A DNA stretch of 64,000 nucleotides from an uncultured bacterium (GTDB lineage Bacteria > Zixibacteria > MSB-5A5 > GN15 > FEB-12), in contig CBDVDR010000008.1 in assembly GCA_965372795.1 (NCBI GenBank), positions 1 through 64,000 of the forward strand, written 5' to 3'. Numbering within the stretch: position 1 is the first letter of the stretch; every line of letters starts with the position of its first letter. A program made the position numbers and the translations under genes. The notes beneath the pieces are model-generated. The model did not search any database. It saw nothing but the letters and a program-made list of their open reading frames with translations, and was not told the DNA's origin. Positions 50,196 to 60,009 of the stretch are shown piece by piece.

Positions 50196-51473
50196 ATGAT
50201 GCTAAAAATATTTCGATATACTGTTTTAATCTCGATGTTGACCCTTTTGTTTGTATCCGGTTGTTCTGATCGAGGAACAAACATTCCGGTAAAACCTGAC
50301 ACCGATTTCATCCGCTCTTTACAGGATGTTAAAATTGCTCCGTTGGTTCATGATTTCTATCCGGAATTGTCATTTCAGATACGTAACCAATTCCGCTTAC
50401 TGGAAATGGCTGTTTATGTACCGGACATCGCCTTCCCTGAACCTTACGGCACAGAAGAAAGTGTTCCGCTTTTAGTTCTGCTTCCTCCACAGGATGGTGA
50501 TCAGTATTATTATTTCAATCACGGGCTTCAACAGCTTGCTGATGATCTGATTGCTGATGGCACCATTGAACCGATGATTATCTGTTGTATCACCAACGAT
50601 AAAGCCTTTGGCGGTTACTTCTATGCGTCAAGCAACCCGGCTGGTGATTATGATGAAATTATTGGTAATAAGTTAATTGGGTATATGGAACAAAGTTTCC
50701 CGGTTATTGAATCTCCTGCAAAAAGAGGTATTGGCGGGGTTGGCATGGGCGCCTATGGTGCATTCCGTTCAACTATCTTAAACCCGAATATCTATTCTGC
50801 AATTTCAGCAACCGATGGTCCTCTTGATTTTGACGGTGCTGATGGAAGCTCCGGTTTGATGGATCTCTTTGATGATGCTCTTACCGAACAGGGTCTTGAT
50901 GAAACAACTTTCAAAAACTTTGACACAACCGGTGCCTGGCATGTTTCCCGACTTTTTGTCGGGGGAGCCTTGGCGTTCTCGCCGCATGATACTTTGATTT
51001 ATTCTCATGATGTTCTCATTACCCAGATGGTCAACGGTGTTATTGTTTCTCAAAATTTACAGCTTAATATTGATTCAACTTTGACTTATGATGATGAAAC
51101 AACTTTGATCGCTGATGTCGTTAGCGGCGTAAGAGATTTAGATTTTCATCTTCCGTTCAGTGGTACCGGCGAGGTTTACGGACCAATCTGGCAGCTCTGG
51201 CTGGATAACAATCTTGAAACATTAATAGCTGATAAAGGTCCATCCGCCTTAGCGGGGGTTGAGATTCAAATTAGAACTACTCCGGAAGCCCGTTTTGGTT
51301 TTTATAACCAGACTCAATCCTGGGTTAATACAATTATGAATCCGCCTTACAGTTATAAAATTGATTATGAAAGATATACCGGTTTTGACGGTAACCCGGC
51401 TACTAACGACCAATATCTTTATGAAGTAATGAAAGATATGTTAATTTTCCATTCCAATAACTTTGGAAAATAG
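50196..51473 (+). CDS. Esterase-fold lipoprotein (nucleophile Ser apparently absent)
   Basis: Lipobox VSGC; VYVP, PMII, RGIGGVGMGAYGA (GxSxG position reads GVGMG). Confidence 0.7.
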   Translation: MMLKIFRYTVLISMLTLLFVSGCSDRGTNIPVKPDTDFIRSLQDVKIAPLVHDFYPELSFQIRNQFRLLEMAVYVPDIAFPEPYGTEESVPLLVLLPPQDGDQYYYFNHGLQQLADDLIADGTIEPMIICCITNDKAFGGYFYASSNPAGDYDEIIGNKLIGYMEQSFPVIESPAKRGIGGVGMGAYGAFRSTILNPNIYSAISATDGPLDFDGADGSSGLMDLFDDALTEQGLDETTFKNFDTTGAWHVSRLFVGGALAFSPHDTLIYSHDVLITQMVNGVIVSQNLQLNIDSTLTYDDETTLIADVVSGVRDLDFHLPFSGTGEVYGPIWQLWLDNNLETLIADKGPSALAGVEIQIRTTPEARFGFYNQTQSWVNTIMNPPYSYKIDYERYTGFDGNPATNDQYLYEVMKDMLIFHSNNFGK

Positions 51474-51490
51474 ATTTAAGAAAATTAAAG

Positions 51491-51525
51491 AAACCCGGAA
51501 GAGAATCTCTCTTTCGGGTTTTTTT
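51491..51525 (+). terminator. Rho-independent terminator
   Basis: AAACCCGGAAGAGA...TCTCTTTCGGGTTTTTTT. Confidence 0.75.
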
Positions 51526-51540
51526 GTACGAGGTGTGAAA

Positions 51541-52257
51541 ATGAAATCAAATTATGACCTGCTTTCAATTGGGGCTCATCCGGATGATGTCGAGGTTGGC
51601 ACCGGCGGCGTTCTGATCGATCTGAAAAAAAGAGGCTATAAATGCGGTCTCGTGATTCTGACCGAAGGCGAAATGGGTACCGGTGGAACTCCCGAGATTA
51701 GAGCGCAGGAAGTAAAAGATGCGGCAAAAATTCTGGGGGCCGATGTTGTAAAAACTTTCGACTGGGGCGATACGAAACTTGAAGACAGCATCAAACACCG
51801 CTCACAGTTAGCTGAGATTATCAGACAAACCCGTCCTAAGATAATTCTAACGCCATACCCCCATGTGGGACATGGACGCCGACAGTCACATCCTGATCAT
51901 GTGGCATCCGGTATTATATCGATCAATGCTGCAAATATGGCGGCGTTGAAAAAGGCTGAAATAGAAGGCGAGCCTCATCTGGTAACAAGAATCTTTCACT
52001 ATTTCCTTCCTCCCGGTTTGACTCCAAATTTTGTGGTCGATATCACTCCGCATTTTGAAAAGTGGATCGAAGCTTTGTCGGCGCATAAATCACAATTTCT
52101 CAATCCTGAAAAATCAAATGACTATCTCGAACATCTTGAGGCGATGGCGCGCTCTTATGGTTTGGTGGCAAGGTGTAAATACGGACAGGGATTTCATGCG
52201 GTTGAACCGATAGTGGTTGGTGACATCATGACCCTCGCCGTTCCGGACTTACATTAA
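51541..52257 (+). CDS. bshB1: Bacillithiol biosynthesis deacetylase BshB1 / PIG-L family
   Basis: GAHPDDVE, LTEGEMGT, HPDH, AHKSQF; start ATG 51541. Confidence 0.8.
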   Translation: MKSNYDLLSIGAHPDDVEVGTGGVLIDLKKRGYKCGLVILTEGEMGTGGTPEIRAQEVKDAAKILGADVVKTFDWGDTKLEDSIKHRSQLAEIIRQTRPKIILTPYPHVGHGRRQSHPDHVASGIISINAANMAALKKAEIEGEPHLVTRIFHYFLPPGLTPNFVVDITPHFEKWIEALSAHKSQFLNPEKSNDYLEHLEAMARSYGLVARCKYGQGFHAVEPIVVGDIMTLAVPDLH

Positions 52258-52415
52258 CTCCCACGTTGTGGGTCTTTTCCTTGTAACTCATTCTTTTGTA
52301 TGGGAATACACGGAATTGGGTTCGTTTCTTCACTTTTGACATAGTGATGTCTTTGGCACGCTTCGCGTGAATTATTTTCTTCGTATAATAATCTTTGATA
52401 TGTTTTTGAGTCGAA

Positions 52416-52452
52416 ATTTTGGACATAACTCACTCTTCCCTTTTATAGAGGG
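52416..52452. repeat. Left imperfect inverted repeat (partner at 53754-53792)
   Basis: Reverse complement CCCTCTATAAAAGGGAAGAGTGAGTTATGTCCAAAAT versus CCCTCTATAAAAAGAGGAGCGGTAAATTATGTCCAAAAT. Confidence 0.7.
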
Positions 52453-52815
52453 ATACATTTTCCTATTCAACAGTGTTTTGGGTGTGAATTTGGAGGGATG
52501 CACGGGCACTTGATTAATTGATGAAATACATATATATTTATCCATGAATTATAGGCGTTCGGTTTTGGCAGGGAGATGACTTATGAAGATTATTACTAAC
52601 CCCACCGCAAGGGGTGGGGTGGCTGTGATAGAAGAAAAACATGAACGTCGAAACCGCAAGGGTTTCTACCTACTCTAACTATATAAAAACCAGAATAAGT
52701 CACAATCAAGTCACATCTGGTGTTCAATTTAGAACTTTTAACCGATATAATCGTTATAATATTATTGGTTGACTTAATGCAATAATTAGACATATTGAGT
52801 TTGAAAGGAATTTTT

Positions 52816-53382
52816 ATGGACTTTACAAGATATCATAGCTTCAAAGATGAACATAAAAAACTCAAAGAGTTGATTCTTTATGTTTCAGATAAATGCTTGC
52901 AGCACAATAAATTTGGTGCAACTAAGTTAAATAAAATACTCTTTTTCTCAGACTTTATCGCTTACCATCAGCGAGGCATATCAATTACAGGAGAAACATA
53001 TTTTAAGTTGGATAATGGTCCTGCACCCAAACATTTACTTCCAGTTAGGGAGGAGCTAAGGCAAGCGAAAGATTTAGAGATTTCCATCAGGAAAACATTT
53101 GCTGGTGATCAATTACGCCCTATTGCATTGAGGCCACCAAATTTGTCTGAGTTTGATGGCGAAGAAATCTCAATAGTTGATGAAGTAATTACTGCACTTA
53201 GAGATAAAAGCTCAGAAGAAGTTAGTGAAATGTCTCATTTATTCCCTGGGTGGATATTGGTAAATACGAAAGAAGACATACCTTATGAAACAGTATATAT
53301 AAATGACCCTTCAAAGATTTTAGTTACTGACCATAATAACAAAAAAGCGCAGGAATTAGCTGAAAAAAATGGTCTCATCTGA
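52816..53382 (+). CDS. Panacea (DUF4065/SocA-like) antitoxin
   Basis: TKLNKILFFSDF, SITGETY..L..GP, SEMSH..W; start ATG 52816 after AGGA. Confidence 0.85.
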   Translation: MDFTRYHSFKDEHKKLKELILYVSDKCLQHNKFGATKLNKILFFSDFIAYHQRGISITGETYFKLDNGPAPKHLLPVREELRQAKDLEISIRKTFAGDQLRPIALRPPNLSEFDGEEISIVDEVITALRDKSSEEVSEMSHLFPGWILVNTKEDIPYETVYINDPSKILVTDHNNKKAQELAEKNGLI

Positions 53383-53671
53383 ATTTGATCGTACCTCTCG
53401 TTTTGTAGACTTTAATTCTGATGCAAGAGAAGATATTCATGCTATAGAAAGTACTTATCCAGATATCAATAAAGTTCTTATTGGTATTCAAGTATTTTTA
53501 AAAGAAAGTGCTCATAACGGTATCCATTTAAAGCATAATATTTATTTATACACAACTGCAAAAGGTACAACAATCCCTCCTATTGATGTTTATTATACTT
53601 TTGATGAAATCAAAGTTTTTGTGAATTGTTTAGAAGTAAAAAAGGGCTTTACTTACAATAATAATTCTTAA
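53369..53671 (+). CDS. Putative toxin partner of the Panacea antitoxin (possibly RelE/ParE-like fold)
   Basis: 100 aa, overlaps the antitoxin stop by 14 bp; V.F...A.EDI start and C-terminal beta-strands VYYTFDEIKVFV. Confidence 0.5.
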   Translation: MVSSEFDRTSRFVDFNSDAREDIHAIESTYPDINKVLIGIQVFLKESAHNGIHLKHNIYLYTTAKGTTIPPIDVYYTFDEIKVFVNCLEVKKGFTYNNNS

Positions 53672-53753
53672 CAATATTCTTTTTAAATTTTTTAATTAAA
53701 ATTGCCTTGCATCCAAATTCACTCATTTATCGTTGTTGATTGAGATTTCATAA

Positions 53754-53792
53754 CCCTCTATAAAAAGAGGAGCGGTAAATTATGTCCAAAAT
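53754..53792. repeat. Right imperfect inverted repeat
   Basis: Partner of the repeat at 52416-52452. Confidence 0.7.
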
Positions 53793-54082
53793 CGTATGTC
53801 CAATTATCAAAAAATCACACGAATATAAATAACTCAAAAAATTACAAAAACTGTGTTCTTGGCGTCAAAAACATAAAAATGACAAAACGAGCCCATTTTC
53901 ATTGTACAAGACTATAACAGAATAAGTTACAAAGAAAAAACACTATTTGAGTAAGTTTCCAATATCAAAACTGATCAGGTCTTCGGAGTAAAAGACCTGA
54001 CGTTAGAGGGATAGATGTGCACAAAAGGCAGGATCGCAGGGATGCTACCCTACTAAACTAATACCTCCCACGAAAATCCAAT

Positions 54083-54316
54083 TGAATAGAAACCCACCCC
54101 AAGGGATGGGCTACCCGATGGCGCCCACAAGCAATGTCAGGAGGACATCCGCCTTGGCGGACTGACCTACTCAAGAATAAATTTAATCGACCGTCCACGA
54201 AAATAATGTTGAATAGAAATTAATTCAAATGAATAGAAACCCACCCCAAAGGGTGGGCTACCCGATGGCGCCCACAAGCAATGTCAGGAGGACACGCCTC
54301 CTGACCTACTCAAGAA
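54083..54316. repeat. Duplicated ~90-bp unit built of REP-like GTAG palindromes
   Basis: 54083-54177 and 54230-54316 share GAATAGAAACCCACCCCAA..G.TGGGCTACCCGATGGCGCCCACAAGCAATGTCAGGAGGACA...CTGACCTACTCAAGAA. Confidence 0.85.
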
Positions 54317-54407
54317 AAGACTAAAGGGTTCTGCCCTACTCGAACTATTGGGGCAGACGAGCACACGAAATGTGGTTGACGTCTGCCGCCCACATTACGA
54401 AAGTAAA

Positions 54408-55208
54408 TTATTTATTGGCGATGACGAAGACCGAGGATTCGGTGATCGTCAAGCTACCATTACGGCTCGCTAAATGATCAATAATCATCTTTTTGGTTTT
54501 TGTTTTGTTTTTTTCATTTACAAAATGATCGAGATAATTCTCATTCACAATTGCATTGATCCGTTCAACATAACCGATCGGTTTGATCGGTTCGACCGTT
54601 GACAAAGTAAAATTGTTTTCGACTTTGAAACCGGCATTAGCAACCGATTCGCTTAGTTCTGATAAGGTATGAAGTTTTGCACCCATGATTTCAAAAGGTT
54701 CACCATCAGGGAAAAGGCCGGGGTAGTCCTGAGAGATACCGCGAAGGACATTTGAAAATTCCTGATAACAGTCAGTTGAAAGAGCGACAAGCGCCAGTTT
54801 GCCGTTTGGTTTTAGGACCCGATTGACTTCACTTAGGAACTGTTTGCGATCCGGCACCCAGGGGTAGGCGTTTGATGAGACAACAATATCAAACTCGCCG
54901 GCATCCAGATTAAGATCGAGGGCGTTGCCAAGTTTAAAGGTAACATTCGAAAAATTTTCCCGTTCGAGATTTTTTTGCGACAGTTCAACCATGTTGGGCG
55001 ATAGATCAATTCCCAAAAGCGAGCCGCCATCGGTTAGTTCACGGGCGATGTGCATTGATAAAATTCCCGGACCGGAACCGATATCCAAAATTCGTTCGGT
55101 ACCTTTTAAGTTCAGGGCATGGGTTAAAGCTAAAAACTGATTAAAACGGCGAGGTGATACTGTATTAGTATAAGCCTCTGCTACTGGATTAAAACTGGTG
55201 GTTTTCAT
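54408..55208 (-). CDS. Class I SAM-dependent methyltransferase
   Basis: ILDIGSGPG, GIDLSPNM, FDIVVS, RVLKPNG. Confidence 0.9.
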   Translation of the reverse strand: MKTTSFNPVAEAYTNTVSPRRFNQFLALTHALNLKGTERILDIGSGPGILSMHIARELTDGGSLLGIDLSPNMVELSQKNLERENFSNVTFKLGNALDLNLDAGEFDIVVSSNAYPWVPDRKQFLSEVNRVLKPNGKLALVALSTDCYQEFSNVLRGISQDYPGLFPDGEPFEIMGAKLHTLSELSESVANAGFKVENNFTLSTVEPIKPIGYVERINAIVNENYLDHFVNEKNKTKTKKMIIDHLASRNGSLTITESSVFVIANK

Positions 55209-55333
55209 TATGAAACCTCATTTATTAAATTGTTACAAAAATATATTTTTAATATTAAATACAGCGGGACTTTTTGTCCCGCTGATGCAAAGCTAATTAA
55301 TGTAGAAATGTGAAAGACTGTGAGAGGGTGTGC

Positions 55334-56509
55334 TTATTTCACAGCCTTCTTGGTACATCGAAGAGTTTCAAAAGCGGTTCTGAGATCAATAAGCATATCG
55401 TCGATATGCTCAACTCCGACAGAGAGCCGGATTAGACCATCAGTGATTCCGTTTTTTTCACGGATCTCTTTTGGAATAGAAGCATGGGTCATGGAAGCCG
55501 GGTGATTCAACAAAGATTCGACTCCGCCCAAAGATTCAGCCAGAACAAAAACTTCGGTTGCCATTGCAAATGCTTTGACCTGTTCGAAGTCGGCTTTGAT
55601 ATCAAAGGAAACCATCCCGCCCGGCATGGACATTTTGTTCGGCACCGGTTTGCCATCCTGTCCGGGGAAATAGATGCGATCAACCAGATCGACAGTTTCG
55701 AGATATTCAACAACTTTGACAGCGTTGACGCTGTGGCGTTCCATGCGGAGATGCAAAGTTTTCAAACCGCGCAGAACGAGCCATGAATCAAACGGTGCGA
55801 GAATACCGCCAACGGCGTATTGAGCCAGATGGACTTTTTCAGCAAGAGCTTCATCTTTTACAATCAAGCCTCCTCCGATAACATCACAATGTCCACCGAG
55901 ATATTTTGAGAGCGAGTGCATAACTATATCAGCGCCAAGCTCCAAAGGTCTTTGGATGTATGGTGTTGCAAAAGTATTGTCGACCCCGACAAGGATATCT
56001 TTTTCTTTGGCGATTTTGACAACCGCTTCGATATCGGTAATTTTTAAAAGCGGATTGGTCGGAGTTTCAATCCAGAATAGTTTGGTGTTGGGTTTGATTG
56101 CTTTTCTAAAGTTTTCCGCATCTCTGCCATCGACATAGGTAAAGTCGAGATTAAAGTTACGAAGCATCTTTTCAAACATCCGATGAGTTCCGCCGTAAAG
56201 ATCATCAACCGCAACGACATGATCGCCGGCTTTTAGAAGATGCATCACACAATCAAGGGCGGCGAGTCCGGAAGCATAGGCAAAGCCTTTGTGACCGTTC
56301 TCAAGAGTGGCTAAAGCTTCTTCAAGCGCCAACCGCGTTGGATTTAAATAGCGAGAGTAGACATAGCCGGAATCATCACCGGGGTAATCAACCCGATAGG
56401 TAGTGCTTTGGAAGATCGGAGTTGTTACGGCTCCGGTTTCATCCCCTTTTACACTTCCGGAATGTATCGCTTTTGTTTCAAATTTTTTGTTTTTCCAATG
56501 TTCATTCAT
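55334..56509 (-). CDS. Cystathionine gamma-lyase/synthase (Cys/Met metabolism PLP enzyme)
   Basis: YSRYLNPT, DDLYGGT, ETPTNP, DNTFATP, HSLSKYLGGH, AESLGGVESL. Confidence 0.95.
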   Translation of the reverse strand: MNEHWKNKKFETKAIHSGSVKGDETGAVTTPIFQSTTYRVDYPGDDSGYVYSRYLNPTRLALEEALATLENGHKGFAYASGLAALDCVMHLLKAGDHVVAVDDLYGGTHRMFEKMLRNFNLDFTYVDGRDAENFRKAIKPNTKLFWIETPTNPLLKITDIEAVVKIAKEKDILVGVDNTFATPYIQRPLELGADIVMHSLSKYLGGHCDVIGGGLIVKDEALAEKVHLAQYAVGGILAPFDSWLVLRGLKTLHLRMERHSVNAVKVVEYLETVDLVDRIYFPGQDGKPVPNKMSMPGGMVSFDIKADFEQVKAFAMATEVFVLAESLGGVESLLNHPASMTHASIPKEIREKNGITDGLIRLSVGVEHIDDMLIDLRTAFETLRCTKKAVK

Positions 56510-56518
56510 AACAAGCCT

Positions 56519-57526
56519 CTATTTCAAAAAACCTTTTTCGCGCATCCAGTCATCATTAAAAATCTTACTAATATATTTTGGTCCGCCATCCGGCAGAATA
56601 ACTACCATCGTTTTGTCAGCCTCAAGAGTTTTAGCGTGTTCCATCGCAACATGTACAGCCGCACCCGATGAACCGCCGACGAAGATACCTTCTTTGCGGG
56701 TAAGATCGCGAGCTGTTAGAAAACTCTGCTGGTCGGTAACCTGATAGACTTTGTCGATATACTGAAAATCAATTGAGGGACAAAGCATATCTTCACCAAT
56801 ACCTTCAACAAAATAGGTATGGGGTTCGATCATGGTTTTATCTTTATGGTAATTATAATAAACCGATCCGATGGGGTCGACCGCAACTATTTCAATCTGA
56901 GAATTTTGTTCTTTTAGATATTTAGCTGTTCCCGAAACTGTTCCGCCGGTACCGATACCGCCGACTAACACATCAAGCTGACCATTGGTTTGTTTCCAGA
57001 TTTCCGGTCCGGTCAAATTATAGTGGGCTTCAATATTGTTGAGATTAAAATATTGTCCCACAAAGTAGCTTCCCTGGTTTTCCCGCTGCAGTCTTTTTGC
57101 GGTTTCGTAATAACTTTCGGGAGATTCAGCCGGGACCGCGGTCGGGCAGATATGCACCTCGGCACCAAAAGCTTTTAAGGCGTCAACTTTTTCCTGCGAC
57201 ATTTTATCCGGAATGGTTAATATGACTTTATGTCCATTGACCGCCCCAAACATAGCCACCGCTGCTCCGGTGTTGCCGGAAGTTGCCTCGACAATAGTTC
57301 CGCCCGGTTTGAGATCGCCTTTATCAAGCGCCTGTTTTAAAATATAAATAGCCATGCGGTCTTTAATAGAGCCGGTCGGATTCATAAATTCCGGTTTTAC
57401 TAAAATAGTAGCTTTGATGCCCAGTTCGGCAGGCAATTTTTGAAGTTTAATCAGCGGAGTATTGCCGATTACTTCCGTTATGTCGTTTGAATACTTAAAC
57501 TTAGTTTTCAAAATTGTTTCGTTCAC
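56519..57526 (-). CDS. Cystathionine beta-synthase / cysteine synthase family
   Basis: NPTGSIKDR, EATSGNTG, DKMSQEK (CBS-like), GIGTGGT, EGIG, YISK. Confidence 0.93.
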   Translation of the reverse strand: MNETILKTKFKYSNDITEVIGNTPLIKLQKLPAELGIKATILVKPEFMNPTGSIKDRMAIYILKQALDKGDLKPGGTIVEATSGNTGAAVAMFGAVNGHKVILTIPDKMSQEKVDALKAFGAEVHICPTAVPAESPESYYETAKRLQRENQGSYFVGQYFNLNNIEAHYNLTGPEIWKQTNGQLDVLVGGIGTGGTVSGTAKYLKEQNSQIEIVAVDPIGSVYYNYHKDKTMIEPHTYFVEGIGEDMLCPSIDFQYIDKVYQVTDQQSFLTARDLTRKEGIFVGGSSGAAVHVAMEHAKTLEADKTMVVILPDGGPKYISKIFNDDWMREKGFLK

Positions 57527-57564
57527 TTATAACCTCTTAAAATTTTATATCCTTATAATAAAGC

Positions 57565-57594
57565 AAAAAAAAACCACCTTCAACTAAAAGGTGG
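57565..57594 (-). terminator. Attenuator terminator upstream of the CBS gene
   Basis: CCACCTTT-TAGTT-GAAGGTGG followed by T9, between the leader ORF and the CBS start. Confidence 0.8.
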
Positions 57595-57625
57595 ACCAAA
57601 ATATACAAAGTTGCTGTTATTCAGA

Positions 57626-57697
57626 CTAAGACATATTTCGATCCTTCTTATTACAACAACAACAGCAGCTAATATGTTTACGAAATAGTTTAATCAT
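57626..57697 (-). CDS. Poly-cysteine leader peptide MIKLFRKHISCCCCCNKKDRNMS
   Basis: 23 codons including TGC TGT TGT TGT TGT; AGGA upstream; directly 5' of the terminator and cysteine-metabolism genes. Confidence 0.8.
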   Translation of the reverse strand: MIKLFRKHISCCCCCNKKDRNMS

Positions 57698-57914
57698 CAC
57701 AAGTTTTCCTTTGTAGACAATTATAATCTATAAATAGAATTTGTCAAGATCATAATTTGAACAAAAAATTAATATATTTCAAAAAGTAAAATAATCATTG
57801 ACAACTTTCTTGTGGCTAATTAGAATTATTACAAGCAACCGCGCCCATCTATTTTGTAAGTAGTTGTACAAGTGGCGTTTCTATGACAGAATTCAAATGT
57901 CGGAGATCTTAGGG

Positions 57915-58085
57915 ATGATCTGCACAAATTGCAAAGATGAAATTAAAGGTAATCCAATTAGGCAAGGCGATGAAATCTATTGCTCGTTAGAATGCGCCAA
58001 TAAAACCAGTGGGATGAAGCCTGAGAGTGAAGACTATTTTGAGGAACATGAGCTTGAAGGGCTTTATAACGAGGACGAAGAATAA
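57915..58085 (+). CDS. Small Cys4 metal-binding protein with acidic tail
   Basis: MICTNCK...YCSLECA (CxxC...YCSxxC); GGAG upstream of ATG 57915. Confidence 0.65.
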   Translation: MICTNCKDEIKGNPIRQGDEIYCSLECANKTSGMKPESEDYFEEHELEGLYNEDEE

Positions 58086-58119
58086 CAACTAAGGGTATTA
58101 GTTATAATTCTTACTTAAA

Positions 58120-58602
58120 TTAATCCCGTGATATTTTTATTATTTTATAAGTTACCGATCCGGCGGGAATTTTAATTTTGACAACATCCCCAACTTTTTT
58201 ACCCAATAACGCCAACGCTATCGGTGATTTGACTGATATAATGTCTTTAAAAACATCAGCTTCTCCCGGTGGAGCAACGGTATAGACAATTTCCTCGCCA
58301 TCTTTTTCATCCTTAACAGTAACTTTGGCGTATAGGTAAACTTTGTCTTTTGGTATAGAATCAAGGTCAACCGGTTGTACCCTTGACAGGGTCAGTTCTA
58401 AATCAGCCAGTTTTCTTTCAATGTGCCTTTGAGCCTCTTTGGCAGCATGATATTCAGCATTTTCAGAAAGGTCGCCAAGTTCCATAGCTCTTTTAATCTC
58501 GGCAACAATTTTTGGGCGTTCTTTAAATTTGAGGACTTTAAGTTCATCCTCAAGTTTTTTGATTCCCTCAATTGACATATATATTGGATCACTCATAGTC
58601 AT
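58120..58602 (-). CDS. greA: Transcription elongation factor GreA
   Basis: GDLSENAEYHAAKE, ISVKSPIALALLGK. Confidence 0.97.
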   Translation of the reverse strand: MTMSDPIYMSIEGIKKLEDELKVLKFKERPKIVAEIKRAMELGDLSENAEYHAAKEAQRHIERKLADLELTLSRVQPVDLDSIPKDKVYLYAKVTVKDEKDGEEIVYTVAPPGEADVFKDIISVKSPIALALLGKKVGDVVKIKIPAGSVTYKIIKISRD

Positions 58603-58614
58603 TGAATATAAAAC

Positions 58615-60006
58615 TTAATTTGAATTATTGCAAGATGCTATTTTTTTTGAAAACATAAAAAATATAATTAATGATAAAATAAGACCTGGGAAAATCGGTT
58701 CAATATTATAAAAATATTGATCTGATTCTGAGAAATATTTGCTGATATACCAAATAAATGAGACTCCACTGCATAAAACTATTGAAATGAATGCCTGAGC
58801 CGGCGGGATTCTTCTTTTTCCAACAAAAGCAAAAAAGAGGGGCACTAACAATGCCGGAGTTCCGATTGATCCGAAAGCATGCCAAATATCAACCGCTGAT
58901 CTGAAAAACAAGGCGAAAACCACGGCAAGCAGGGTTGAAATAATTAAGCCGAGGTGGATGTATTTAATAATATCTTTTTCATTCGTCTTTTTTAAGCGAG
59001 GCATGATATCGTTGCCAAAGGTTGAAGCGGCTAAAAATGAATAGGAATCTACCGTTGACATAACCGTTGATAACAGTGCCAGAGCAAATAATCCTAATAG
59101 TCCAACCGGGAGAACCAGTTCTGCCAGAGCGGGAAAGGATGCTATCGGATTGGTTAGATCAGGAAGGAGGACACGGGCATACAGCCCGGAAGTCGTTGTC
59201 AGGAAATCAAAGAACGCCCAGCATAAAATTGAAACAAAAATGCCATTTCTGGCAGTATTAGCATTTTTTGCCGCAAAGCATCTTTGGTAAAAAGCCGGTT
59301 CAATCAGAGTTGCCAACGCGATGACATACCAAACGGCAATGTACCAGCCGGAATTACCGCCATGCCAGGTGAGATGTTCCTCGGGCAGGTTTTTTTGTAA
59401 AAAGTCAAACCCGCCATAGTCGACAAAAAGAAAAATGACTAAAATAATAAAACCGAGAAACATCAATCCAAATTGAAAGAGGTCGGTTCGGACAACCGAT
59501 TTGAAACCGCCCATGAAAACATAGATTATTGAAAAAATGGTTCCGATTATTACTCCGACATAAAATGGTAAATTAAAAAGATGTTCGCACAATACTCCCA
59601 GCATCAATATGTATGCCGCCGGCACGGTCATTAAAAAGATAATAATTGATCCTGCCAGGGCAGTTCGGTTATCATAGGTTTGAGCCAGCCGTTGGGGAAT
59701 GGTCAGCAGTTCGGTTTGTCTGACTTTTTTTGATAAGAAAATCGCAAAGAAAAATGCGGCTAAATAATAAGGCAGTCCGAACACCAGCCAGTTTGATAAG
59801 CCATAGAGATAGGTATATTCTCCGACTCCTAAGATTCCCCCGTACCAGGTAGATACTAACGAGGCTACGAAAGCCGGAAGGGTTAACATCCGGCCTCCAA
59901 GAATAATTTCAGATGTGGAGCTGTCTTTTTTTAAGCGAAAATAAAATCCGAAAGCTAACAAAGCTCCCAAATATAGAATAACAATAGCATAATCAACCAG
60001 CTGCAT
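58615..60006 (-). CDS. Sodium:solute symporter, probably for thiamine or a precursor
   Basis: SLVSTWYGG, GGFKSVVRTD, QRCFAA, MSTVDS; downstream of the TPP-regulated receptor. Confidence 0.88.
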   Translation of the reverse strand: MQLVDYAIVILYLGALLAFGFYFRLKKDSSTSEIILGGRMLTLPAFVASLVSTWYGGILGVGEYTYLYGLSNWLVFGLPYYLAAFFFAIFLSKKVRQTELLTIPQRLAQTYDNRTALAGSIIIFLMTVPAAYILMLGVLCEHLFNLPFYVGVIIGTIFSIIYVFMGGFKSVVRTDLFQFGLMFLGFIILVIFLFVDYGGFDFLQKNLPEEHLTWHGGNSGWYIAVWYVIALATLIEPAFYQRCFAAKNANTARNGIFVSILCWAFFDFLTTTSGLYARVLLPDLTNPIASFPALAELVLPVGLLGLFALALLSTVMSTVDSYSFLAASTFGNDIMPRLKKTNEKDIIKYIHLGLIISTLLAVVFALFFRSAVDIWHAFGSIGTPALLVPLFFAFVGKRRIPPAQAFISIVLCSGVSFIWYISKYFSESDQYFYNIEPIFPGLILSLIIFFMFSKKIASCNNSN

Positions 60007-60009
60007 TGA

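Noticed and set aside
57540..57720. SAM riboswitch or T-box upstream of CBS
   Set aside because: No SAM-I core (ATC.AGAG...GCAACC...GTGC) or T-box motif is present; the leader peptide explains the region better.
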